From Eledone cirrhosa (taxonomy: Eukaryota), in the NCBI GenBank assembly GCA_964016885.1, contig OZ024741.1, positions 406,348,001 to 406,412,000 of the forward strand: a stretch of 64,000 nt of DNA, given 5' to 3'. The notes below the pieces were generated by a model that did not search any database, was not told the origin of the DNA, and was given only the letters and a program-made list of their open reading frames with translations. Shown here piece by piece: positions 13,701 through 26,760 of this stretch. The position numbers were made by a program, and so were the translations under genes. Numbering within the stretch: the first letter of the stretch is position 1; each line of letters starts with the position of its first letter.

Positions 13701-14580
13701 ACAATGGCATGTAAGGAGGATTGAGTTACTGTGAACTTAAAGACAGAGATTGGTGGACAATGATATGTAAGGAGGATTGAGTTACTGTGAACATAAATAC
13801 AGAGGTTGGTGGACAATGCTATGTAAGGATGAGTGAGTTACTGTGAACTTAAAGACAGAGGTTGGTGGACAATGATATGTAAGGAGGATTGAGTTACTGT
13901 GAACTAAATACAGAGTTTGGTGGACAATGGTATGTAAGGTGGATTGAGTTACTGTGAACTTAAAGACAGAGGTTGGTGGACAATTGCATGTAAGGGGGAT
14001 TGAGTTACTGTGAACATAAAGACAGAGGTTGGTGGACAATGGCATGTAAGGGGGATTGAGTTACTGTGAACTAAATACAGAGTTTGGTGGACAATGCTAT
14101 GTAAGGATGAGTGAGTTACTGTGAACTTAAAGACAGAGGTTGGTGGACAATGGCATGTAAGTGGGATTGAGTTACTGTGAACTTAAAGACAGAGGTTGGT
14201 GGACAATGGCATGTACGGAGGATTGAGTTACTGTGAACTTAAAGACAGAGGTTGGTGGACAATGATATGTAAGGAGGATTGAGTTACTGTGAACTTAAAG
14301 ACAGAGGTTGGTGCACAATGGCATGTAAGGGGGATAGAGTTACTGTTAACTTAAAGACAGAGGTTGGTGGACAATGGCATGTAAGGAGGATTGAGTTATT
14401 GTGAACTTAAAGACAGAGGTTGGTGGACAATGGCATGTAAGGGGGATTGAGTTACTGTGAACTTAAAGACAGAGGTTGGTGGACAATGGCATGTAAGGAG
14501 GATTGAGTTACTGTGAACTTAAAGACAGAGGTTGGTGGACAATGACATGTAAGGGGGATTGAGTTACTGTGAACTTAAAG
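10750..14580 (+). repeat. Higher-order duplication, 36-monomer period (2013 bp)
   Basis: TTGTGTTACTGTTAAC is at 10981 and 12994, and the ORF-track hits are at 11769 and 13782. Both offsets are 2013 = 36x56-3. The GGTGAAC, GGATGAGTGAG, GTACGG, GGTGCAC and GTTATTG variants are collinear. Confidence 0.9.
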
Positions 14581-17500
14581 ACAGAGGTTGTTGGACAATG
14601 GCATGTAAGGAGGATTGAGTTACTGTGAACTTAAAGACAGAGGTTGGTGGACAATGGCATGTAAGGGGGATTGAGTTACTGTGAACTTAAAGACAGAGGT
14701 TGGTGGACAATGGCATGTAAGGGGGATTGAGTTACTGTGAACTTAAAGACAGAGGTTGGTGGACAATTGCATGTAAGGGGGATTGAGTTACTGTGAACTT
14801 AAAGACAGAGGTTGGTGGACAATGGCATGTAAGGGGGATTGAGTTACTGTGAACTTAAAGACAGAGGTTGGTGGACAATGGCATGTAAGGGTGATTGAGT
14901 TACTGTGAACTTAAAGACAGAGGTTGGTGGACAATTGCATGTAAGGGGGATTGAGTTACTGTGAATTTAAAGCCAGAGGTTGGTGGACAATTGCATGTAA
15001 GGGGGATTGAGTTACTGTGAACTTAAAGAGAGAGGTTGGTGGACAATTGCATGTAAGGGGGATTGAGTTACTGTGAACTTAAAGACAGAGGTTGGTGGAC
15101 AATTGCATGTAAGGGGGATTGAGTTACTGTGAACTTAAAGACAGAGGTTGGTGGACAATGGCATGTAAGTGGGATTGAGTTACTGTGAACTTAAATACAG
15201 AGTTTGGTGGACAATGGCATGTAAGGGGAATTGAGTTACTGTGAACTTAAAGACAGAGGTTGGTGGACAATGGCATGTAAGGAGGATTGAGTTACTGTGA
15301 ACTTAAAGACAGAGGTTGGTGGACAATGGCATATAAGGGTATTGAGTTACTGTGAACTTAAAGACAGAGGTTGGTGGACAATTGCATGTAAGGTGGATTG
15401 AGTTACTGTGAACTTAAAGACAGAGGTTGGTGGACAATGGCATGTAAGGGGGATTGAGTTACTGTGAACTTAAAGACAGAGGTTGGTGGACAATGGCACG
15501 TAAGTAGGATTGAGTTACTGTGAAATTAAAGACAGAGGTTGGTGGACAATGATATGTAAGGAGGATTGAGTTACTGTGAACATAAATACAGAGGTTGGTG
15601 GACAATGGCATGTAAGGAGGATTGAGTCACTGTGAACTTAAAGACAGAGGTTGGTGGACAATGGCATGTAAGGGGGATTGAGTTACTGTCAACTAAATAC
15701 AGAGTTTGGTGGACAATGGTATGTAAGGGGGATTGAGTTACTGTGAACTTAAAGACAGAGGTTGGTGGACAATGGCATGTAAGGAGGATTGAGTCACTGT
15801 GAACTTAAAGACAGAGGTTGGTGGACAATGATATGTAAGGAGGATTGAGTTACTGTGAAATTAAAGACAGAGGTTGGTGGACAATGATATGTAAGGAGGA
15901 TTGAGTTACTGTGAACATAACTACAGAGGTTGGTGGACAATGATATGTAAGGAGGATTGAGTTACTGTGAACATAAATACAGAGGTTGGTGGACAATGAT
16001 ATGTAAGGAGGATTCAGTTACTGTGAACTTAAAGACAGAGGTTGGTGGACAATGGCATGTAAGGAGGATTGAGTTACTGTGAAATTAAAGACAGAGGTTG
16101 GTGGACAATGGCATGTAAGGAGGATTGAGTTACTGTGAACTTAAAGACAGAGATTGGTGGACAATGATATGTAAGGAGGATTGAGTTACTGTGAACATAA
16201 ATACAGAGGTTGGTGGACAATGCTATGTAAGGATGAGTGAGTTACTGTGAACTTAAAGACAGAGGTTGGTGGACAATGATATGTAAGGAGGATTGAGTTA
16301 CTGTGAACTAAATACAGAGTTTGGTGGACAATGGTATGTAAGGTGGATTGAGTTACTGTGAACTTAAAGACAGAGGTTGGTGGACAATGGCATGTAAGGG
16401 GGATTGAGTTACTGTGAACTTAAAGACAGAGGTTGGTGGACAATTGCATGTAAGGGGGATTGAGTTACTGTGAACTTAAAGACAGAGGTTGGTGGACAAT
16501 GGCATGTAAGGGGGATTGAGTTACTGTGAACTTAAAGACAGAGGTTGGTGGACAATGGCATGTAAGGGTGATTGAGTTACTGTGAACTTAAAGACAGAGG
16601 TTGGTGGACAATTGCATGTAAGGGGGATTGAGTTACTGTGAATTTAAAGCCAGAGGTTGGTGGACAATTGCATGTAAGGGGGATTGAGTTACTGTGAACT
16701 TAAAGAGAGAGGTTGGTGGACAATTGCATGTAAGGGGGATTGAGTTACTGTGAACTTAAAGACAGAGGTTGGTGGACAATTGCATGTAAGGGGGATTGAG
16801 TTACTGTGAACTTAAAGACAGAGGTTGGTGGACAATGGCATGTAAGTGGGATTGAGTTACTGTGAACTTAAATACAGAGTTTGGTGGACAATGGCATGTA
16901 AGGGGAATTGAGTTACTGTGAACTTAAAGACAGAGGTTGGTGGACAATGGCATGTAAGGAGGATTGAGTTACTGTGAACTTAAAGACAGAGGTTGGTGGA
17001 CAATGGCATATAAGGGTATTGAGTTACTGTGAACTTAAAGACAGAGGTTGGTGGACAATTGCATGTAAGGTGGATTGAGTTACTGTGAACTTAAAGACAG
17101 AGGTTGGTGGACAATGGCATGTAAGGGGGATTGAGTTACTGTGAACTTAAAGACAGAGGTTGGTGGACAATGGCACGTAAGTAGGATTGAGTTACTGTGA
17201 AATTAAAGACAGAGGTTGGTGGACAATGATATGTAAGGAGGATTGAGTTACTGTGAACATAAATACAGAGGTTGGTGGACAATGGCATGTAAGGAGGATT
17301 GAGTCACTGTGAACTTAAAGACAGAGGTTGGTGGACAATGGCATGTAAGGGGGATTGAGTTACTGTCAACTAAATACAGAGTTTGGTGGACAATGGTATG
17401 TAAGGGGGATTGAGTTACTGTGAACTTAAAGACAGAGGTTGGTGGACAATGGCATGTAAGGAGGATTGAGTCACTGTGAACTTAAAGACAGAGGTTGGTG

Positions 17501-19600
17501 GACAATGATATGTAAGGAGGATTGAGTTACTGTGAAATTAAAGACAGAGGTTGGTGGACAATGATATGTAAGGAGGATTGAGTTACTGTGAACATAACTA
17601 CAGAGGTTGGTGGACAATGATATGTAAGGAGGATTGAGTTACTGTGAACATAAATACAGAGGTTGGTGGACAATGATATGTAAGGAGGATTCAGTTACTG
17701 TGAACTTAAAGACAGAGGTTGGTGGACAATGGCATGTAAGGAGGATTGAGTTACTGTGAAATTAAAGACAGAGGTTGGTGGACAATGGCATGTAAGGAGG
17801 ATTGAGTTACTGTGAACTTAAAGACAGAGATTGGTGGACAATGATATGTAAGGAGGATTGAGTTACTGTGAACATAAATACAGAGGTTGGTGGACAATGC
17901 TATGTAAGGATGAGTGAGTTACTGTGAACTTAAAGACAGAGGTTGGTGGACAATGATATGTAAGGAGGATTGAGTTACTGTGAACTAAATACAGAGTTTG
18001 GTGGACAATGGTATGTAAGGTGGATTGAGTTACTGTGAACTTAAAGACAGAGGTTGGTGGACAATTGCATGTAAGGGGGATTGAGTTACTGTGAACATAA
18101 AGACAGAGGTTGGTGGACAATGGCATGTAAGGGGGATTGAGTTACTGTGAACTAAATACAGAGTTTGGTGGACAATGCTATGTAAGGATGAGTGAGTTAC
18201 TGTGAACTTAAAGACAGAGGTTGGTGGACAATGGCATGTAAGTGGGATTGAGTTACTGTGAACTTAAAGACAGAGGTTGGTGGACAATGGCATGTACGGA
18301 GGATTGAGTTACTGTGAACTTAAAGACAGAGGTTGGTGGACAATGATATGTAAGGAGGATTGAGTTACTGTGAACTTAAAGACAGAGGTTGGTGCACAAT
18401 GGCATGTAAGGGGGATAGAGTTACTGTTAACTTAAAGACAGAGGTTGGTGGACAATGGCATGTAAGGAGGATTGAGTTATTGTGAACTTAAAGACAGAGG
18501 TTGGTGGACAATGGCATGTAAGGGGGATTGAGTTACTGTGAACTTAAAGACAGAGGTTGGTGGACAATGGCATGTAAGGAGGATTGAGTTACTGTGAACT
18601 TAAAGACAGAGGTTGGTGGACAATGACATGTAAGGGGGATTGAGTTACTGTGAACTTAAAGACAGAGGTTGTTGGACAATGGCATGTAAGGAGGATTGAG
18701 TTACTGTGAACTTAAAGACAGAGGTTGGTGGACAATGGCATGTAAGGGGGATTGAGTTACTGTGAACTTAAAGACAGAGGTTGGTGGACAATGGCATGTA
18801 AGGGGGATTGAGTTACTGTGAACTTAAAGACAGAGGTTGGTGGACAATTGCATGTAAGGGGGATTGAGTTACTGTGAACTTAAAGACAGAGGTTGGTGGA
18901 CAATGGCATGTAAGGGGGATTGAGTTACTGTGAACTTAAAGACAGAGGTTGGTGGACAATGGCATGTAAGGGTGATTGAGTTACTGTGAACTTAAAGACA
19001 GAGGTTGGTGGACAATTGCATGTAAGGGGGATTGAGTTACTGTGAATTTAAAGCCAGAGGTTGGTGGACAATTGCATGTAAGGGGGATTGAGTTACTGTG
19101 AACTTAAAGAGAGAGGTTGGTGGACAATTGCATGTAAGGGGGATTGAGTTACTGTGAACTTAAAGACAGAGGTTGGTGGACAATTGCATGTAAGGGGGAT
19201 TGAGTTACTGTGAACTTAAAGACAGAGGTTGGTGGACAATGGCATGTAAGTGGGATTGAGTTACTGTGAACTTAAATACAGAGTTTGGTGGACAATGGCA
19301 TGTAAGGGGAATTGAGTTACTGTGAACTTAAAGACAGAGGTTGGTGGACAATGGCATGTAAGGAGGATTGAGTTACTGTGAACTTAAAGACAGAGGTTGG
19401 TGGACAATGGCATATAAGGGTATTGAGTTACTGTGAACTTAAAGACAGAGGTTGGTGGACAATTGCATGTAAGGTGGATTGAGTTACTGTGAACTTAAAG
19501 ACAGAGGTTGGTGGACAATGGCATGTAAGGGGGATTGAGTTACTGTGAACTTAAAGACAGAGGTTGGTGGACAATGGCACGTAAGTAGGATTGAGTTACT
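13120..19600 (+). repeat. Three tandem higher-order units of 43, 30 and 43 monomers; the middle unit lacks 13 monomers
   Basis: The CACG of GGCACGTAAGTAGG is at 15497, 17174 and 19578. The AGCC of AATTTAAAGCC is at 14971, 16648 and 19052. Offsets are 1677 (30x56-3) and 2404 (43x56-4). Confidence 0.88.
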
Positions 19601-22600
19601 GTGAACTTAAAGACAGAGGTTGGTGGACAATGGCATGTAAGTAGGATTGAGTTACTGTGAACTTAAACACAGAGGTTGGTGGACAATGGCATGTAAGGGG
19701 GATTGAGTTACTGTGAACTTAAAGACAGAGGTTGGTGGACAATGGTATGTAAGGGGGATTGAGTTACTGTGAACTTAAAGACAGAGGTTGGTGGACAATT
19801 GCATGTAAGGGGGATTGAGTTACTGTGAACTTAAAGACAGAGGTTGGTGGACAATGGCATGTAAGGGGGATTGAGTTACTGTGAACTTAAAGACAGAGGT
19901 TGGTGGACAATGGCATGTAAGGGTGATTGAGTTACTGTGAACTTAAAGACAGAGGTTGGTGGACAATTGCATGTAAGGGGGATTGAGTTACTGTGAACTT
20001 AAAGCCAGAGGTTGGTGGACAATTGCATGTAAGGGGGATTGAGTTACTGTGAACTTAAAGAGAGAGGTTGGTGGACAATTGCATGTAAGGGGGATTGAGT
20101 TACTGTGAACTTAAAGACAGAGGTTGGTGGACAATTGCATGTAAGGGGGATTGAGTTACTGTGAACTTAAAGACAGAGGTTGGTGGACAATTGCATGTAA
20201 GGGGGATTGAGTTACTGTGAACTTAAAGACAGAGGTTGGTGGACAATTGCATGTAAGGGGGATTGAGTTACTGTGAACTTAAAGACAGAGGTTGGTGGAC
20301 AATTGCATGTAAGGGGGATTGAGTTACTGTGAACTTAAAGACAGAGGTTGGTGGACAATGGCATGTAAGTGGGATTGAGTTACTGTGAACTTAAATACAG
20401 AGTTTGGTGGACAATGGCATGTAAGGGGGATTGAGTTACTGTGAACTTAAAGACAGAGGTTGGTGGACAATGGCATGTAAGGAGGATTGAGTTACTGTGA
20501 ACTTAAAGACAGAGGTTGGTGGACAATGGCATATAAGGGTATTGAGTTACTGTGAACTTAAAGACAGAGGTTGGTGGACAATTGCATGTAAGGTGGATTG
20601 AGTTACTGTGAACTTAAAGACAGAGGTTGGTGGACAATGGCATGTAAGGGGGATTGAGTTACTGTGAACTTAAAGACAGAGGTTGGTGGACAATGACATG
20701 TAAGGAGGATTGAGTTACTGTGAACTTAAAGACAGTGGTTGGAGGACAAAGGCATGTAAGGAGGATTGAGTTACTGTGAACTTAAAGACAAAGGTTGGTG
20801 GACAATGGCATGTAAGGGGGATTGAGTTACTGTGAACTTAAATACAGAGTTTGGTGGACAATGGCATGTAAGGGGGATTGAGTTACTGTGAACTTAAAGA
20901 CAGAGGTTGGTGGACAATGGCATGTAAGGAGGATTGAGTTACTGTGAACTTAAAGACAGAGGTTGGTGGACAATGGCATATTAGGAGGATTGAGTTACTG
21001 TGAACTTAAAGACAGAGGTTGGTGGACAATGGCATGTAAGGGGGATTGAGTTACTGTGAACTTAAAGACAGAGGTTGGTGGACAATGGCATGTAAGGGGG
21101 ATTGAGTTACTGTGAACTTAAAGACAGAGGTTGGTGAACAATGGCATGTAAGGGGGCTTGAGTTACTGTGAACTTAAAGACAGAGGTTGGTGGACAATGG
21201 CATGTAAGGAGGATTGAGTTACTGTGAACTTAAAGACAGAGGTTGGTGGACAATGGCCTGTAAGGAGGATTGAGTTACTGTGAACTTAAAGACAGAGGTT
21301 GGTGGACAATGTCATGTAAGGAGGATTGAGTTACTGTGAACTTAAAGACAGACGTTGGTGGACAATGGCATGTAAGGAGGATTGAGTTACTGTGAACTTA
21401 AAGACAGAGGTTGGTGGACAATGGCATGTAAGGAGGATTGAGTTACTGTGAACTTAAAGACAGAGGTTGGTGGACGATGGCATGTAAGGAGGATTGAGTT
21501 ACTGTGAACTTAAAGACAGTGGTTGGTGGACAATGGCATGTAAGGAGGATTGAGTTACTGTGAACTTAAAGACAGTGGTTGGTGGACAATGGCATGTAAG
21601 GAGGATTGAGTTACTGTGAACTTAAAGACAGAGGTTGGTGGACAATGGCATGTAAGGGGGATTGAGTTACTGTGAACTTAAAGACAGAGGTTGGTGGACA
21701 ATGGCATGTAAGTGGGATTGAGTTACTGTGAACTTAAATACAGAGTTTGGTGGACAATGGCATGTAAGGGGGATTGAGTTACTGTGAACTTAAAGACAGA
21801 GATTGGTGGACAATGGCATGTAAGGAGGATTGAGTTACTGTGAACTTAAAGACAGAGGTTGGTGGACAATGGCATATAAGGGTATTGAGTTACTGTGAAC
21901 TTAAAGACAGAGGTTGGTGGACAATTGCATGTAAGGTGGATTGAGTTACTGTGAACTTAAAGACAGAGGTTGGTGGACAATGGCATGTAAGGGGGATTGA
22001 GTTACTGTGAACTTAAAGACAGAGGTTGGTGGACAATGACATGTAAGGAGGATTGAGTTACTGTGAACTTAAAGACAGTGGTTGGTGGACAAAGGCATGT
22101 AAGGAGGATTGAGTTACTGTGAACTTAAAGACAAAGGTTGGTGGACAATGGCATGTAAGGGGGATTGAGTTACTGTGAACTTAAATACAGAGTTTGGTGG
22201 ACAATGGCATGTAAGGGGGATTGAGTTACTGTGAACTTAAAGACAGAGGTTGGTGGACAATGGCATGTAAGGAGGATTGAGTTACTGTGAACTTAAAGAC
22301 AGAGGTTGGTGGACAATGGCATGTAAGGAGTATTGAGTTACGGTGAACTTAAAGACAGAGGTTGGTGGACAATGGCATGTAAGGGTATTGAGTTACTGTG
22401 AACTTAAAGACAGAGGTTGGTGGATAATTGCATGTAAGGGGGATTGAGTTACTGTGAACTTAAAGAGAGAGGTTGGTGGACAATGGCATGTAAGGAGGAT
22501 TGAGTTACTGTGAACTTAAAGACAGAGGTTGGTGGACAATGGCATGTAAGGAGGATTGAGTTACTGTGAACTTAAAGACAGAGGTTGGTGGACAATGTAA

Positions 22601-25600
22601 TATTAGGAGGATTGAGTTACTGTGAACTTAAAGACAGAGGTTGGTGGACAATGGCATGTAAGGGGGATTGAGTTACTGTGAACTTAAAGACAGAGGTTGG
22701 TGGACAATGGCATGTAAGGGGGATTGAGTTACTGTGAACTTAAAGACAGAGGTTGGTGAACAATGGCATGTAAGGGGGCTTGAGTTACTGTGAACTTAAA
22801 GACAGAGGTTGGTGGACAATGGCATGTAAGGAGGATTGAGTTACTGTGAACTTAAAGACAGAGGTTGGTGGACAATGGCCTGTAAGGAGGATTGAGTTAC
22901 TGTGAAATTAAAGACAGAGGTTGGTGGACAATGGCATGTAAGGAGGATTGAGTTACTGTGAACTTAAAGACAGACGTTGGTGGACAATGGCATGTAAGGA
23001 GGATTGAGTTACTGTGAACTTAAAGACAGAGGTTGGTGGACAATGGCATGTAAGGAGGATTGAGTTACTGTGAACTTAAAGACAGAGGTTGGTGGACGAT
23101 GGCATGTAAGGAGGATTGAGTTACTGTGAACTTAAAGACAGTGGTTGGTGGACAATGGCATGTAAGGAGGATTGAGTTACTGTGAACTTAAAGACAGTGG
23201 TTGGTGGACAATGGCATGTAAGGAGGATTGAGTTACTGTAAACTTAAAGACATAGGTTGGTGGACAATGGCATGTAAGGAGGATTGAGTTACTGTGAACT
23301 TAAAGACAGAGGTTGGTGGACAATTGCATGTAAGGGGGATTGAGTTACTGTGAACTTAAAGAGAGAGGTTGGTGGACAATTGCATGTAAGGGGGATTGAG
23401 TTACTGTGAACTTAAATACAGAGTTTGGTGGACAATGGCATGTAAGGGGGATTGAGTTACTGTGAACTTAAAGACAGAGGTTGGTGGACAATGGCATGTA
23501 AGGAGGATTGAGTTACTGTGAACTTAAAGACAGAGGTTGGTGGACAATGGCATATAAGGGTATTGAGTTACTGTGAACTTAAAGACAGAGGTTGGTGGAC
23601 AATTGCATGTAAGGTGGATTGAGTTACTGTGAACTTAAAGACAGAGGTTGGTGGACAATGGCATGTAAGGGAGATTGAGTTACTGTGAACTTAAAGACAG
23701 AGGTTGGTGGACAATGGCATGTAAGTAGGATTGAGTTACTGTGAACTTAAAGACAGAGGTTGGTGGACAATGGCATGTAAGTAGGATTGAGTTACTGTGA
23801 ACTTAAACACAGAGGTTGGTGGACAATAGCATGTAAGGGGGATTGAGTTACTGTCAACTTAAAGACAGAGGTTGGTGGACAATGGCATGTAAGGGTGATT
23901 GAGTTACTGTGAACTTAAAGACAGAGGTTGGTGGACAATTGCATGTAAGGGGGATTGAGTTACTGTGAACTTAAAGACAGAGGTTGGTGGACAATGGCAT
24001 GTAAGGGGGATTGAGTTACTGTGAACTTAAAGACAGAGGTTGGTGGACAATGGCATGTAAGGGTGATTGAGTTACTGTGAACTTAAAGACAGAGGTTGGT
24101 GGACAATTGCATGTAAGGGGGATTGAGTTACTGTGAACTTAAAGACAGAGGTTGGTGGACAATGGCATGTAAGTGGGATTGAGTTACTGTGAACTTAAAT
24201 ACAGAGTTTGGTGGACAATGGCATGTAAGGGGAATTGAGTTACTGTGAACTTAAAGACAGAGGTTGGTGGACAATGGCATGTAAGGAGGATTGAGTTACT
24301 GTGAACTTAAAGACAGAGGTTGGTGGACAATGGCATATAAGGGTATTGAGTTACTGTGAACTTAAAGACAGAGGTTGGTGGACAATTGCATGTAAGGTGG
24401 ATTGAGTTACTGTGAACTTAAAGACAGAGGTTGGTGGACAATGGCATGTAAGGGGGATTGAGTTACTGTGAACTTAAAGACAGAGGTTGGTGGACAATGG
24501 CACGTAAGTAGGATTGAGTTACTGTGAACTTAAAGACAGAGGTTGGTGGACAATGGCATGTAAGTAGGATTGAGTTACTGTGAACTTAAACACAGAGGTT
24601 GGTGGACAATGGCATGTAAGGGGGATTGAGTTACTGTGAACTTAAAGACAGAGGTTGGTGGACAATGGTATGTAAGGGGGATTGAGTTACTGTGAACTTA
24701 AAGACAGAGGTTGGTGGACAATTGCATGTAAGGGGGATTGAGTTACTGTGAACTTAAAGACAGAGGTTGGTGGACAATGGCATGTAAGGGGGATTGAGTT
24801 ACTGTGAACTTAAAGACAGAGGTTGGTGGACAATGGCATGTAAGGGTGATTGAGTTACTGTGAACTTAAAGACAGAGGTTGGTGGACAATTGCATGTAAG
24901 GGGGATTGAGTTACTGTGAACTTAAAGCCAGAGGTTGGTGGACAATTGCATGTAAGGGGGATTGAGTTACTGTGAACTTAAAGAGAGAGGTTGGTGGACA
25001 ATTGCATGTAAGGGGGATTGAGTTACTGTGAACTTAAAGACAGAGGTTGGTGGACAATTGCATGTAAGGGGGATTGAGTTACTGTGAACTTAAAGACAGA
25101 GGTTGGTGGACAATTGCATGTAAGGGGGATTGAGTTACTGTGAACTTAAAGACAGAGGTTGGTGGACAATTGCATGTAAGGGGGATTGAGTTACTGTGAA
25201 CTTAAAGACAGAGGTTGGTGGACAATTGCATGTAAGGGGGATTGAGTTACTGTGAACTTAAAGACAGAGGTTGGTGGACAATGGCATGTAAGTGGGATTG
25301 AGTTACTGTGAACTTAAATACAGAGTTTGGTGGACAATGGCATGTAAGGGGGATTGAGTTACTGTGAACTTAAAGACAGAGGTTGGTGGACAATGGCATG
25401 TAAGGAGGATTGAGTTACTGTGAACTTAAAGACAGAGGTTGGTGGACAATGGCATATAAGGGTATTGAGTTACTGTGAACTTAAAGACAGAGGTTGGTGG
25501 ACAATTGCATGTAAGGTGGATTGAGTTACTGTGAACTTAAAGACAGAGGTTGGTGGACAATGGCATGTAAGGGGGATTGAGTTACTGTGAACTTAAAGAC

Positions 25601-26760
25601 AGAGGTTGGTGGACAATGACATGTAAGGAGGATTGAGTTACTGTGAACTTAAAGACAGTGGTTGGAGGACAAAGGCATGTAAGGAGGATTGAGTTACTGT
25701 GAACTTAAAGACAAAGGTTGGTGGACAATGGCATGTAAGGGGGATTGAGTTACTGTGAACTTAAATACAGAGTTTGGTGGACAATGGCATGTAAGGGGGA
25801 TTGAGTTACTGTGAACTTAAAGACAGAGGTTGGTGGACAATGGCATGTAAGGAGGATTGAGTTACTGTGAACTTAAAGACAGAGGTTGGTGGACAATGGC
25901 ATATTAGGAGGATTGAGTTACTGTGAACTTAAAGACAGAGGTTGGTGGACAATGGCATGTAAGGGGGATTGAGTTACTGTGAACTTAAAGACAGAGGTTG
26001 GTGGACAATGGCATGTAAGGGGGATTGAGTTACTGTGAACTTAAAGACAGAGGTTGGTGAACAATGGCATGTAAGGGGGCTTGAGTTACTGTGAACTTAA
26101 AGACAGAGGTTGGTGGACAATGGCATGTAAGGAGGATTGAGTTACTGTGAACTTAAAGACAGAGGTTGGTGGACAATGGCCTGTAAGGAGGATTGAGTTA
26201 CTGTGAACTTAAAGACAGAGGTTGGTGGACAATGTCATGTAAGGAGGATTGAGTTACTGTGAACTTAAAGACAGACGTTGGTGGACAATGGCATGTAAGG
26301 AGGATTGAGTTACTGTGAACTTAAAGACAGAGGTTGGTGGACAATGGCATGTAAGGAGGATTGAGTTACTGTGAACTTAAAGACAGAGGTTGGTGGACGA
26401 TGGCATGTAAGGAGGATTGAGTTACTGTGAACTTAAAGACAGTGGTTGGTGGACAATGGCATGTAAGGAGGATTGAGTTACTGTGAACTTAAAGACAGTG
26501 GTTGGTGGACAATGGCATGTAAGGAGGATTGAGTTACTGTGAACTTAAAGACAGAGGTTGGTGGACAATGGCATGTAAGGGGGATTGAGTTACTGTGAAC
26601 TTAAAGACAGAGGTTGGTGGACAATGGCATGTAAGTGGGATTGAGTTACTGTGAACTTAAATACAGAGTTTGGTGGACAATGGCATGTAAGGGGGATTGA
26701 GTTACTGTGAACTTAAAGACAGAGATTGGTGGACAATGGCATGTAAGGAGGATTGAGTTA
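19200..26760 (+). repeat. Spaced duplication of a ~2.6 kb block (19.2-21.8 kb and 24.1-26.8 kb), 88-monomer offset (4923 bp)
   Basis: CACG is at 19578 and 24501, and GGAGGACAAAGG is at 20741 and 25664. Both offsets are 4923 = 88x56-5, and the intervening variants are collinear. Confidence 0.88.

Noticed and set aside
13782-14045. Second copy of the 87-aa ORF
   Set aside because: It is the same satellite segment copied by the 2013-bp duplication, so it is not independent evidence of coding.
17863-18126. Third copy of the 87-aa ORF
   Set aside because: It is identical because of the 4081-bp offset duplication (30+43 monomers).
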